This document shows, piece by piece, positions 30,038 to 40,181 of a stretch of 64,000 nt of DNA (within the stretch, counting starts at the first letter, position 1; each line of letters starts with the position of its first letter). The stretch covers positions 39,722-103,721 of the forward strand of contig CAVQPB010000004.1 of NCBI GenBank assembly GCA_963714525.1. The letters run 5' to 3'. Position numbers and translations under genes: made by a program. Source of the DNA: an uncultured Pseudomonadota bacterium. Lineage in GTDB: Bacteria; Pseudomonadota; Gammaproteobacteria; Burkholderiales; JALYOK01. The notes beneath the pieces are model-generated. The model worked only from the letters and a program-made list of their open reading frames with translations, searched no databases and was not told the DNA's origin.

Positions 30038-31197
30038 TGGCCGGCTCAGCTTTTCCCGCGAAACCGACGGCTCTCTGGGATTTCGTCAATCGTTACGCTC
30101 TAGTCATATTGGCGGTGCTGTTGTTGGCAGTCATTCCGTTTTCGTTAGGAACATTCAGGCTCGGCCTCGCCGCAAAATATCTCTGCTTTGCTTACTGTGC
30201 CGTCGGTATCGTCCTGATTTGGGGCTACGGTGGCATTTTAAGTTTAGGTCAAGGTGTGTTCTTTGGCCTCGGCAGCTACATGATGGCGATGTTCCTGAAG
30301 CTCGAGGCGGCGGCTAATGCCGATTCCTCCTCCAGCACCGCGTTATCCGCCTTCTTCGGTCAGGCGGGTTTGCCCGACTTTATGTCTTGGAATAGCGTGG
30401 AAAAGCTTCCCTGGTGGTGGGAACCTTTTCATCACGTTTGGTTTACCCTGCCGGCGATCGTTATTCTTCCCGCGCTGCTCGCGTTTGTTCTTGCGTACGT
30501 GAATTTCCGCAAGCGCGTCGGTCCGGTTTATTTTTCCATCATTACGTTGGCTTTGTCCGGCATCATGGCGATCGTCATTATCGGTCAGCAAGGTTATACC
30601 GGCGGCATCAACGGCATCACCGATTTCAAGACTTTCTTGGGTATTGATATCGATCAGGACAACGCCAAAGTCGTCATGTATTACGTAACGGCGGTGTTGT
30701 TGCTGCTGGCGGTGATCGTGGGAAGCTTCATCTTAAAGAGCCGCCTAGGTAAGGTGCTGGTCGCCATCCGCGACCGCGAAGATCGAGTGCGTTTCTCCGG
30801 CTATGACCCGGCCATGTTTAAGGCCTTTATCTTTGCCGTGGCCGCGGTGTTTTCGTCCATCGGCGGCGCGATGTTTACCATGCAAGTGGGTCTCGCTTCG
30901 CCTTCGCTGGTCGGCATCGTACCGTCCATCGAAATGGTAATTTACGCCGCTGTAGGTGGCCGCCTATCGCTGATCGGAGCAGTCTACGGTACGTTGGTAG
31001 TGAGTTACGCCAAGACCTTTTTCTCGGAGAATTTTGTCGAATATTGGTTGTACTTCATCGGCGCATTGTTCATCATCGTTGTAATGTTTTTGCCCGGTGG
31101 CCTAGCCAGCCTAATGGACAAATTGCGAGTCGGAAAAAAGCAACCTCAAAACCTCAAGACGCCGGTCGGTAAGAACCTCGAATCGGAAGCCCAGTGA
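30037..31197 (+). CDS. urtC: Urea/amide ABC permease
   Basis: WGYGGILSLGQGVFFGLG, LPDFMSW, AIRDREDRVRFSGY, AVGGR. Confidence 0.88.
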   Translation: MAGSAFPAKPTALWDFVNRYALVILAVLLLAVIPFSLGTFRLGLAAKYLCFAYCAVGIVLIWGYGGILSLGQGVFFGLGSYMMAMFLKLEAAANADSSSSTALSAFFGQAGLPDFMSWNSVEKLPWWWEPFHHVWFTLPAIVILPALLAFVLAYVNFRKRVGPVYFSIITLALSGIMAIVIIGQQGYTGGINGITDFKTFLGIDIDQDNAKVVMYYVTAVLLLLAVIVGSFILKSRLGKVLVAIRDREDRVRFSGYDPAMFKAFIFAVAAVFSSIGGAMFTMQVGLASPSLVGIVPSIEMVIYAAVGGRLSLIGAVYGTLVVSYAKTFFSENFVEYWLYFIGALFIIVVMFLPGGLASLMDKLRVGKKQPQNLKTPVGKNLESEAQ

Positions 31198-31931
31198 GTA
31201 CGGAAATCCTTTCGGTGTCGGATCTCACCGTTTCTTTCGACGGCTTCAAGGCCGTCGATCATTTGAATTTGTTCGTTGAGAAAGATGAATTGCGGTGCGT
31301 CATCGGCCCGAACGGCGCCGGTAAGACGACCTTGCTCGACATGATCTGCGGCAAGACCAAGCCATCGGGTGGCAGCATCAAATTCAAGGGCCAAGAGCTC
31401 ACCAAAGCAACCGAATACAAGATCACCCGCGCCGGTGTTGGCCGAAAATTCCAAACGCCGTCCGTCTACGAAGACCTAACCGTCTGGGAAAACCTCGAAC
31501 TTTCTTATCCTAAGAAGCGCGGTATTTTCGCTTCGCTGTTTTTTAAGTCCACCGAAGAAATCAAGCAGCGCGTCAACCAAGTCGCGCAAGACATGTACTT
31601 AAAAGACGAAATGGATACCAAGGCGGGCACCTTGAGCCACGGTCAAAAGCAGTGGCTGGAAATCGGCATGCTGCTGATGCAAGAACCGGAACTGCTGCTG
31701 TTGGACGAGCCCGTCGCCGGGATGAGTGCGCGTGAACGCGACCTCACGGCAGGATTATTAAACCGTATTTCCAAAGGCCGCTCGATTATTCTTATCGAAC
31801 ACGATATGGAATTCGTGCGCAAAATCGCCCACCGCGTGACAGTGTTGCACCAGGGCAAGGTGTTAAGCGAGGGCAGCATGGATCAAGTGCAAAGCGATCC
31901 CAAAGTCATCGAGACCTATCTCGGGCTGTAG
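31194..31931 (+). CDS. urtD: Urea/amide ABC ATP-binding protein
   Basis: GPNGAGKT, GRKFQTP, LSHGQKQWLEIG, DEPVAG. Confidence 0.9.
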   Translation: MSTEILSVSDLTVSFDGFKAVDHLNLFVEKDELRCVIGPNGAGKTTLLDMICGKTKPSGGSIKFKGQELTKATEYKITRAGVGRKFQTPSVYEDLTVWENLELSYPKKRGIFASLFFKSTEEIKQRVNQVAQDMYLKDEMDTKAGTLSHGQKQWLEIGMLLMQEPELLLLDEPVAGMSARERDLTAGLLNRISKGRSIILIEHDMEFVRKIAHRVTVLHQGKVLSEGSMDQVQSDPKVIETYLGL

Positions 31932-31933
31932 CC

Positions 31934-32623
31934 GTGCTGAAAGTCACTCACCTCAACGTGAATTATGGTGAAAGCCATGTGATTCGGGACATCAGCTTCG
32001 ATGTCACCGAAGGCGAAACCGTCGCGGTCATGGGACGCAACGGCATGGGCAAGACGACGTTATTCAAAGCCTTGATTGGAATTATTCCTGCCAAGAGCGG
32101 CCACATCGCGCTTAACGGTGTGGAACTTTCCAAAGCCAAGAGTTATGAGCGGGTTGCGCAAGGTATGGCGTATGTTCCACAGGGGAGGATGGTGTTTCCT
32201 TACCTGACGGTAGAGGAAAACATCCGTACCGGCATGGAAGCCAAGCCCGACGCCGACATTCCCGAGTATATCTACGGTACATTTCCCGTGTTAAAGGAAA
32301 TGAAGGATCGCAAAGGCGGCAATTTGTCCGGTGGCCAACAGCAACAACTGGTCATCGCGCGGGCGCTGGTGACCAATCCGAAAGTGTTGTTGTTGGATGA
32401 GCCGACCGAAGGTTTGCAGCCTTCCATCATCAAGGATATCGCCAAGGCACTAAACAAGCTGAAGCAAGAGCGTGGATTCTCGATCGTCGTGTCCGAGCAA
32501 GTATTGAGTTTCGCGATGGAGATCGCCGATCGATTTCTGATTATCGAAAAGGGAGAGTTTGTTTACCAAGGACCGAAAGAGTCGGTCGATAAAGCGAAGA
32601 TTCACTCGTACCTCACGGTATAG
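31934..32623 (+). CDS. urtE: Urea/amide ABC ATP-binding protein
   Basis: GRNGMGKT, YVPQGR, LSGGQQQQL, DEPTEG. Confidence 0.9.
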   Translation: MLKVTHLNVNYGESHVIRDISFDVTEGETVAVMGRNGMGKTTLFKALIGIIPAKSGHIALNGVELSKAKSYERVAQGMAYVPQGRMVFPYLTVEENIRTGMEAKPDADIPEYIYGTFPVLKEMKDRKGGNLSGGQQQQLVIARALVTNPKVLLLDEPTEGLQPSIIKDIAKALNKLKQERGFSIVVSEQVLSFAMEIADRFLIIEKGEFVYQGPKESVDKAKIHSYLTV

Positions 32624-32667
32624 ATTTGTTGACGCGGGGCAACCTGCATTTTTGAGGAGAACCAAAG

Positions 32668-33708
32668 ATGTTACATGGAGATATTTCTAGCAGTAATGAT
32701 TGCGTCGGCGTCGCCGTAGTTAACTACAAGATGCCGCGTATGCACACCAAGAAAGAGGTGATAGAAAATTGCCACAAGATCGCCGACATGGTCACCGGCA
32801 TGAAGCTCGGCCTGCCGGGCATGGACTTGGTGATCTTCCCGGAGTATTCCACCCATGGCATCATGTACGACAGCAAGGAAATGTACGACAACGCTGCGTC
32901 TATTCCTGGCGAAGAAACGGAAATTTTCGCCGCTGCGTGCCGCAAGGCGAATGTGTGGGGCGTGTTTTCTCTCACCGGCGAACGCCACGAAGAGCATCCC
33001 AACAAAGCCCCGTATAACACGCTCATCCTGATGAACAATCAAGGTGAAATCGTGCAGAAGTACCGCAAGATCATGCCCTGGGTGCCGATCGAAGGCTGGT
33101 ATCCCGGCAATTGCACTTACGTGTCCGATGGTCCGAAGGGCCTCAAGATCAGCCTGATCATTTGCGACGATGGCAACTATCCGGAAATCTGGCGCGACTG
33201 CGCCATGCGTGGCGCCGAGTTGATCATCCGCTGCCAAGGCTACATGTATCCCGCCAAAGAGCAGCAGATTATCATGGCCAAAGCCATGGCCTGGGCAAAT
33301 AATACCTACGTTGCGGTCGCGAACGCCGCCGGCTTCGACGGCGTCTATTCCTATTTCGGCCATTCCGCCATCATCGGCTTCGACGGCCGTACTTTGGGCG
33401 AATGCGGTGAGGAAGACATGGGCGTGCAATACGCCGCGCTATCGAAGGGACTGATCCGAGACGCGCGCAAGAACATGCAGTCCGAGAATCATTTGTTCAA
33501 GCTGCTGCATCGTGGATACACCGGCAAAATCAATTCGCGTGAAGGCGACAAAGGCGTCGCGGCATGCCCGTACGATTTCTACAAGAAGTGGATCACCGAT
33601 CCGGAAGGCGCGCGCGAGCAAGTAGAAGCCATTACCCGTAAGACCGTTGGAACGTCGGAAGCACCGATTCCCGGCATTCCCAACGAGAAAGAGGTCGCGC
33701 ATCGGTAA
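32668..33708 (+). CDS. amiE: Aliphatic amidase (nitrilase superfamily)
   Basis: [22 protein letters not shown]-terminus; triad motifs [17 protein letters not shown]. Confidence 0.96.
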   Translation: MLHGDISSSNDCVGVAVVNYKMPRMHTKKEVIENCHKIADMVTGMKLGLPGMDLVIFPEYSTHGIMYDSKEMYDNAASIPGEETEIFAAACRKANVWGVFSLTGERHEEHPNKAPYNTLILMNNQGEIVQKYRKIMPWVPIEGWYPGNCTYVSDGPKGLKISLIICDDGNYPEIWRDCAMRGAELIIRCQGYMYPAKEQQIIMAKAMAWANNTYVAVANAAGFDGVYSYFGHSAIIGFDGRTLGECGEEDMGVQYAALSKGLIRDARKNMQSENHLFKLLHRGYTGKINSREGDKGVAACPYDFYKKWITDPEGAREQVEAITRKTVGTSEAPIPGIPNEKEVAHR

Positions 33709-33716
33709 GCGATAGC

Positions 33717-33752
33717 AAAAAATCCCACCATCCGGTCGATGGTGGGATTTTT
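33717..33752 (+). terminator. Intrinsic terminator after amiE
   Basis: AAAAATCCCACCATC-CGGTC-GATGGTGGGATTTTT. Confidence 0.8.
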
Positions 33753-33847
33753 TCTTACCGATCAAAAAATGCAGCTCGAGTTCGTTAACAACGTAACTCC
33801 GCGACGACAAATCAGCGCGCATTATTCGCCTTCTTTAATCGGGATGT

Positions 33848-34294
33848 ATGCAAACACTGACGCATATTCTAGGCTACGCAACCGATCACACGATCGCGCA
33901 CCGGCTTCATCTTCTAGAGCACGATGGCGCGGTGCATTACGTAACCCTGAGTAAGCAAGACACGTTACGGCATCGTCTGCGCGCGACTACCGACCGCGGC
34001 GACGAGATTGCCATCGCCTTACCGCGCTCGGAACAACTGGCAAATGGCGCCGTCTTACTCCTGGAAGCTAATCGCGCCGTGGTAGTGCGCATGGAGACCG
34101 AGCGATGGCTGATATTGAAAGCCAGGGATACGGCGGCCGCTTTGGAAGTGGGTTATTTCGCCGGTAATATGCACTGGAAGGTTAAGTTCGATGGCGACGC
34201 TATCAAGATTGCCATGGAGGGACCTGAGCAAGGGTATTTGGATCGACTACACCATCTTTTGGCTGATGGAAAGACTGCGCGTATCGATGAGTAA
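33848..34294 (+). CDS. ureE: Urease accessory protein UreE-like (no His tail)
   Basis: RHRLRATTDRG, LANGAVL, GYFAGNMHW (GNxH motif). Confidence 0.75.
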   Translation: MQTLTHILGYATDHTIAHRLHLLEHDGAVHYVTLSKQDTLRHRLRATTDRGDEIAIALPRSEQLANGAVLLLEANRAVVVRMETERWLILKARDTAAALEVGYFAGNMHWKVKFDGDAIKIAMEGPEQGYLDRLHHLLADGKTARIDE

Positions 34295-34961
34295 CTCAAA
34301 ATCCTTGCTCATTGCGCTGCAGCACGGAGATACGTTTTTTCCGAGTGGGGGCAATGCGTTTTCTTGGGGCCTGGAAACGTTACACGCGGATGGGTGGTTG
34401 CCTGACCCAGTAGAACTCGAATCATTCCTTTTCGGCCAACTTATTCATCGCTGGGCGACCTGCGATCGTTTGGCGTTGGTACGATCCTATGGGGCAGCGG
34501 ACGATCTCGATAAAGTGGCAGCCTGTGACGCCGAGTTGGATACGCTTGCACTTGCCCGCGAACTCAGAGAAGGTTCCAGACGCGCCGGTGGCACATTATT
34601 AAAAGTCCATAGCCAATTGGGAACGCCCAAGGCCGATGCATATCGCGAACGGGTGCGTAATGCGCAGGCGTTTGGGCATTTGGCCGCGGTGCAAGGCTTA
34701 ATCTGGCGTGGCGTGGGTATGTCCTTGGAAGAAGCGCAAGTTACCTCGGCGCATACGCTTTGTCTGGGCGTGTTGGGCGCGGCAATCCGGTTGGGTATTG
34801 TCGGGCACATCGATGCCCAGAAAATTCTTCAAACCGCCCACGTGACTCTAGACGATTTGCTGCTTCAGTCTTGCAATGATGAACTGTCGAGTTTCGTTCC
34901 TGCATCGGAGATCGCCATGATGCGCCACGAAGTCGGTCAGTCGCGCTTGTTCGCTAATTGA
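34287..34961 (+). CDS. ureF: Urease accessory protein UreF
   Basis: DTFFPSGGNAFSWGLE, AAIRLG, C-terminal HE...RLFAN. Confidence 0.88.
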   Translation: MSNSKSLLIALQHGDTFFPSGGNAFSWGLETLHADGWLPDPVELESFLFGQLIHRWATCDRLALVRSYGAADDLDKVAACDAELDTLALARELREGSRRAGGTLLKVHSQLGTPKADAYRERVRNAQAFGHLAAVQGLIWRGVGMSLEEAQVTSAHTLCLGVLGAAIRLGIVGHIDAQKILQTAHVTLDDLLLQSCNDELSSFVPASEIAMMRHEVGQSRLFAN

Positions 34962-34977
34962 CGTAACAGGATAGGCT

Positions 34978-35679
34978 ATGCTCCTCACCCCGACGGAAAT
35001 GGAACGGCTTACGATTTACACCGCGGCAGAGATCGCGCGCAAGCACCGGGCCAAGGGTCTCAAACTCAACCACCCAGAGGCCATCGCTTTCATTGTCGAT
35101 GAAATCCTGGAAGGCGCGCGGGAAGGGCGCTCCGTCGCGGAATTGATCGGCTACGGGTCGACCCTATTGAGCATGGACGATGTCATGCCCGGGGTGGCGG
35201 ACATGATGCCCATTATTCAAGTGGAAGGCACTTTTCCCGACGGCACCAAACTGGTGACGGTTCACGACCCCATCCGTCCCGGCAAAGGCAAAGGCAAGAA
35301 ACAGACGCAGATTCATCCCGGCGAAATTATTACGCCGGACGAGGATATCGAGCTCAACGCCGGGCGGAAAAAAATTAAAGTCAAAGCGCTTAACACCGGT
35401 GACCGGCCCATCCAAGTTGGCAGTCACTACCATTTCTTCGAAGTCAACCGCGCGCTGCAGTTCGATCGCGAGAAATCCTATGGCATGCACCTGGATATTC
35501 CTGCGGGGACGGCGGTGCGTTTCGAGCCGGGCGAAAGTAAAGAAGTCACACTTGCAGCGTTTGGCGGTACCGGAGAAGTCTACGGACTCAATAGCTTGAC
35601 CAATGGCTCGACCCGCAGTCCCGAGCGCAAGGCGCATGCGCTGAAGCTTGCCAAAGAGCGCGGCTTCAAGGGGGCATGA
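34978..35679 (+). CDS. ureAB: Fused urease gamma/beta subunit
   Basis: [25 protein letters not shown] fused to [24 protein letters not shown]. Confidence 0.92.
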   Translation: MLLTPTEMERLTIYTAAEIARKHRAKGLKLNHPEAIAFIVDEILEGAREGRSVAELIGYGSTLLSMDDVMPGVADMMPIIQVEGTFPDGTKLVTVHDPIRPGKGKGKKQTQIHPGEIITPDEDIELNAGRKKIKVKALNTGDRPIQVGSHYHFFEVNRALQFDREKSYGMHLDIPAGTAVRFEPGESKEVTLAAFGGTGEVYGLNSLTNGSTRSPERKAHALKLAKERGFKGA

Positions 35680-35681
35680 TC

Positions 35682-37396
35682 ATGGCGAAGATGACGCGCA
35701 AAGAATACGCCGCCATGTATGGCCCCACCAAAGGCGATGCGGTGCGGCTCGGCGATACCTCGCTGTTCGCCGAAATCGAGCACGACTACGCGATACCCGG
35801 CGACGAATGCCTGCACGGCGGCGGAAAAACACTGCGCGATGGCTTAGGGCTGACCGCCGGTTACGACAGCGCGCATGGGCGCGCTCGATATGTTGATCAG
35901 CAACGCCGTGATCATCGATCCGGTGCTAGGCATCGTCAAAGGCGACATCGGCATCAAGGATGGACGTATCGTCGCCATCGGCAAGGCGGGCAATCCGGCC
36001 GTGATGGATGGCGTGCATCCGGAGTTGATTTGCGGTGCGGCGACTACGGTCCGCGATGCCGAGGGATTGATCGCCACACCCGGCGGCATCGACGTGCACG
36101 TGCATTTCGACAGCGCGCAATTGTGCGAACACGCCATCGCCTCGGGCCTGACGACCATGCTGGGCGGCTCTCTCGGCCCGATCACCGTCGGCATCGACTG
36201 CGGCGGCGCCTGGAATGTCGGCAAGATGCTACAAGCGGCCGAACATTGGCCGATCAATTTCGGCTTTCTCGGCCGCGGCAATTCGTCGAAACCACGCTCG
36301 TTGATCGATCAGCTCGCCGGTGGCTGCCTGGGACTCAAGATCCACGAGGATTGGGGCGCCATGCCCGCCGTGATCGATACCTGCCTCACGGTGGCCGATG
36401 AACTCGATTTTCAGGTGCAGTTACATACGGACACTTTGAACGAGAGCGGCTTTCTTGAAGACACCCTCGCCGCGATCAATGGCCGCACCATCCACATGTA
36501 CCACACGGAAGGGTGCGGGTGGCGGCCACGCGCCCGATATCATCTCTGTCGCCGGTCACGCCAATTGTTTGCCGTCGTCGACCAATCCGACCAATCCCTA
36601 CACCGTCAACACCTTCGATGAACACCTGGACATGATCATGGTGTGTCATCACTTGAATCCCTCGGTGCCGGAAGATGTTGCATTTGCCGAGAGCCGCATC
36701 CGCGCCCAAACCATCGCCGCTGAAGACGTGCTCCACGACATCGGCGCCATCTCGATGCTCGGCTCCGATAGCCAAGGCATGGGGCGCATCAACGAAGTGA
36801 TCTGCCGCACCTGGCAATTGGCGAGCAAGATGAAGGATCAGCGCGGCCGGCTCAAAGAAGAAAAAACCAAACTCGGCGACAACGAACGCATCAAACGCTA
36901 TATCGCGAAATACACCATCAACGCCGCGCGCACCTTTGGCATCGATGCCCATATTGGGTCCTTGGAAAAAGGTAAGCTCGCCGATATCGTGCTTTGGCGT
37001 CCGGCATTTTTTGGGGTGAAACCCGAACTGGTGGTGAAGGGTGGATTTATCGTCTGGTCCGCCATGGGCGACAGCGCCGCGAGCTTGATGACCTGCGAGC
37101 CGGTATTGATGCGGCCTCAATGGGGTGCGTTTGGCCAGGCGAAGCAATCGCTCAGCGTGAATTTCGTCAATCAGCTTGCCGTGGACAATCGCATTGAAGA
37201 AAAACTCGGCATACGCAAAGCTTGCCTTGCTGCACGTGGCACGCGCAAATTGAACAAGCAGCATATGTTGCACAACAACACTTGTCCGAACATCACCGTG
37301 AATCCGCAGACTTTCGAAGTATTCATCGACGATAAGCTAGTCACCTGCGAACCGGCGCGCGAGTTGCCGCTGGCCCAGCGCTACATGCTGCGCTGA
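35682..37396 (+). CDS. ureC: Urease alpha subunit, divergent (two extra-G frameshifts at about 35878 and 36511)
   Basis: Spread over three frames: YGPTKGD; [28 protein letters not shown]; [28 protein letters not shown]. Confidence 0.88.
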
Positions 37397-37397
37397 T

Positions 37398-38036
37398 ATG
37401 AGCGCGATCCTGAAATCACAACGCCATCCAGGTTCCGCGCGAGTCGGAATCGGGGGCCCCGTCGGCTCGGGAAAAACGGCATTGTTGGAACAACTCATCC
37501 CGCGCTTTATTGCCCGCGGCACCGAGATCGCTGTCATCACCAACGATCTAGTCACTAAAGAAGATGCGGAACGCATTAAGCGCAGCGGCCTGATCGCTGC
37601 GGACCGGGTGATGGCGGTGGAAACCGGCGCCTGCCCCCACACCGCCATCCGAGAAGATCCTACGTTGAATCTGCAGGCGGCGGAATTTCTGGAACAGCAG
37701 TTTAATCCTTTGGATTTGATTCTGATCGAAAGCGGCGGCGATAACTTAGCTTCGTCATTTTCGCTCGATCTGGTGGACTATTGGTTGTTCGTCATCGATG
37801 TCGCTGGCGGCGACGATATTCCACGCAAGCGCGGTTTGGGTGTGCTGCAATGCGATTTATTGATCATCAACAAAACCGACATCGCGCCTTACGTGCGCGT
37901 CGATCTGGCACGTATGACCCTTGAGGCGAAAGCGGTGCGGGCGGGGAAACCGTTGTTGCTGACGAATTGCGCCACGGGCGAAGGTGTGGATGCCGTGGTA
38001 GAACAGATTGCCCGCGAGGTGTTGTTTGACCGGTGA
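37398..38036 (+). CDS. ureG: Urease accessory GTPase UreG
   Basis: [33 protein letters not shown]. Confidence 0.95.
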   Translation: MSAILKSQRHPGSARVGIGGPVGSGKTALLEQLIPRFIARGTEIAVITNDLVTKEDAERIKRSGLIAADRVMAVETGACPHTAIREDPTLNLQAAEFLEQQFNPLDLILIESGGDNLASSFSLDLVDYWLFVIDVAGGDDIPRKRGLGVLQCDLLIINKTDIAPYVRVDLARMTLEAKAVRAGKPLLLTNCATGEGVDAVVEQIAREVLFDR

Positions 38037-38916
38037 TCGTATTCTTGCGGAAGACGTCGGTGTTCTCGCCCTAGACGCCGGGATCGTCCGTGCGCCGTTG
38101 CGGCCAGCCGAATTGCAGTTTGCAGCCGACGAAACTAGCCGGACGTACGTCGCGAAGCAGTTCGCGCCCTATCCCTTCCATTTTTGCCGTCCGTTCTATG
38201 TCGATGGCGATCCAGCCGGCATGGCGACGGTTTATGTTCAGTCTTGTGCCGGCGGTATTTTCGAACACGATCGTTTGCACCTGAATATCGAGGCAGCTCC
38301 GGGCAGTCTAGCCCATGTGACCACGTCCGCGTCCACCATCGTTCACAGCATGCCTGCGGGCGAGGCGAGTCAAGTCGTCCACCTTGTCGCCAACAGTGGC
38401 TCGCTGATCGAATACCTGCCAGATCCGATGATCCTGTTTCCGGATGCGCGCATCCACTCAGCCGTTAATGTGGTGATAGACGATACGGCACGCGTCATCT
38501 TGAGCGATGCGTTTTTGCTGCACGACCATCGCGATCGTGGTGAAGCCTTCGACTGGCTACACAGCGACATCACCGTTCGCGACGCACAGACGAAAGTGCT
38601 GGTAAGAGATCGTATCCGTGTCGATGGCCGGTCGATGCTGGCGGCGATTCCCGGTGTCACGGGAAGATACACCGCTCAAGCGAGTTTTATGTGTTTGTGC
38701 CGAGGATTGTCCACGGATTTTTTAAACGCAATGCGTGCTGCTCTGGATTCGGTGGAAGGTATTTATGCCGGTGTGTCCTTGCTTCCCGGCGGCGCCGGTG
38801 TGTTTTCGCGCATACTCGCCGTCGACGGTGTTGCGTTGCGAGCAGCGCAACTTGCCCTGTGGTCCGAAGCCCGCAAAAGCCTCACGGGTTTGACGCCGAT
38901 GCCAAGGCGGAAATAG
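38026..38916 (+). CDS. ureD: Urease accessory protein UreD/UreH (start uncertain)
   Basis: [28 protein letters not shown]-terminal PRRK. Confidence 0.85.
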   Translation: MTGDRILAEDVGVLALDAGIVRAPLRPAELQFAADETSRTYVAKQFAPYPFHFCRPFYVDGDPAGMATVYVQSCAGGIFEHDRLHLNIEAAPGSLAHVTTSASTIVHSMPAGEASQVVHLVANSGSLIEYLPDPMILFPDARIHSAVNVVIDDTARVILSDAFLLHDHRDRGEAFDWLHSDITVRDAQTKVLVRDRIRVDGRSMLAAIPGVTGRYTAQASFMCLCRGLSTDFLNAMRAALDSVEGIYAGVSLLPGGAGVFSRILAVDGVALRAAQLALWSEARKSLTGLTPMPRRK

Positions 38917-39078
38917 ATCGGTAAACTAAGGAAGCTATGATTTATTCCGATTTCGTCGCGAGACGGCGTTGCTCACAAAAAATATCTCCTTACATATCAT
39001 CTATATGCTGCGTCGATATTTTTTGTTCGCGCCTTGTCTCGCTTAGAACTCGAAATAAATCAGAGCTTCCCTAACGCT

Positions 39079-39916
39079 ATGAGTAACGATATGCTTAAAC
39101 CAGTCGCGCCCCTGAACGATTTCGTTAAACAATACGTAATCCATCAAGAGCCTTATTATCGCGCCGTGGGCGATGAAATAGAGCTATACGAAGCGGCCTA
39201 TGCGGCGCGCATGCCGATGATGTTGAAGGGTCCGACAGGCTGCGGCAAAACCCGCTTCATGGAATACATGGCTTGGAAATTGGGGAAACCTCTCATCACG
39301 CTCGCCTGTAACGAGGATATGACCTCGTCGGATCTAGTGGGGCGCTTTCTGCTCGATGCCTCGGGCACCCATTGGCAGGACGGTCCACTTACCTTGGCCG
39401 TGCGTAACGGCGCCATTTGTTATTTGGATGAAGTGGTGGAGGCGCGGCAGGATACCACCGTTGTGATTCATCCGCTGACCGACACCCGGCGTATGTTACC
39501 GCTCGACAAAAAAAATGAAACCGTCGCGGCCCACCGGGATTTTCAGTTGGTGATTTCCTACAACCCCGGTTACCAAAGCGTGCTGAAGGATCTCAAGCAA
39601 TCGACCAAGCAACGCTTCGGCGCGTTAGACTTCGGCTATCCCGAATCACGATATCGAAGCGGAAATCGTCACGCACGAATCCGGTGTTGATTCCGATCGC
39701 GCCAGCAAATTGGTCAGCATCGCCGAGCGCGCACGCAATCTCAAAGGCCACGGCTTGGATGAAGGCACCTCGACCCGCATGCTGATCTATGCCGGTCAGT
39801 TAATCGCGAGGAATATCGATCCCGTCGCGGCGTGCCGCGTGGCGCTGGTGCGGCCCATTACCGATGATCCCGATATGCGCGATGCGTTGGATGCAATCGT
39901 TCGGACTTACTTTTAA
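39079..39916 (+). CDS. cbbQ: CbbQ/NirQ/NorQ family AAA+ ATPase (copy 2; frameshift at about 39645)
   Basis: [27 protein letters not shown]; continues in another frame as [12 protein letters not shown]...[15 protein letters not shown]. Confidence 0.88.
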
Positions 39917-39963
39917 TACGAACCTCTTGGTTTGCTATCAGGCTTCGAGCCTATGATCGTCGC

Positions 39964-40131
39964 CACCCTCATCCCAACCTTCTTCCGCCCTCGCGGGAGA
40001 AGGAGAAAATCCCCTCTCCCCCGAAATCGGGGGAGAGGGTCAGGGGCGAGGCGGGGAATTCGCGAAGCATGCTTCGCGCCCGCCGAGCGGCGTCTCGCTG
40101 CAGCGAGACGCGCGCACCGCAGGTGAGGGGG
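39964..40131. repeat. Composite palindromic repeat element (CCCTCTCCC/GGGAGAGGG type)
   Basis: CCCTCATCCCAACCTTCT...GGGAGAAGG, CCCTCTCCCCCG-AAAT-CGGGGGAGAGGG, inner hairpins GCGAAGCATGCTTCGC and GCGTCTCGCTGCAGCGAGACGC, ending GGTGAGGGG. Confidence 0.7.
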
Positions 40132-40181
40132 TATTCAGTTATTGAGTGAGTGACCTCAAATTCTGTAATGAGCTATAACCG

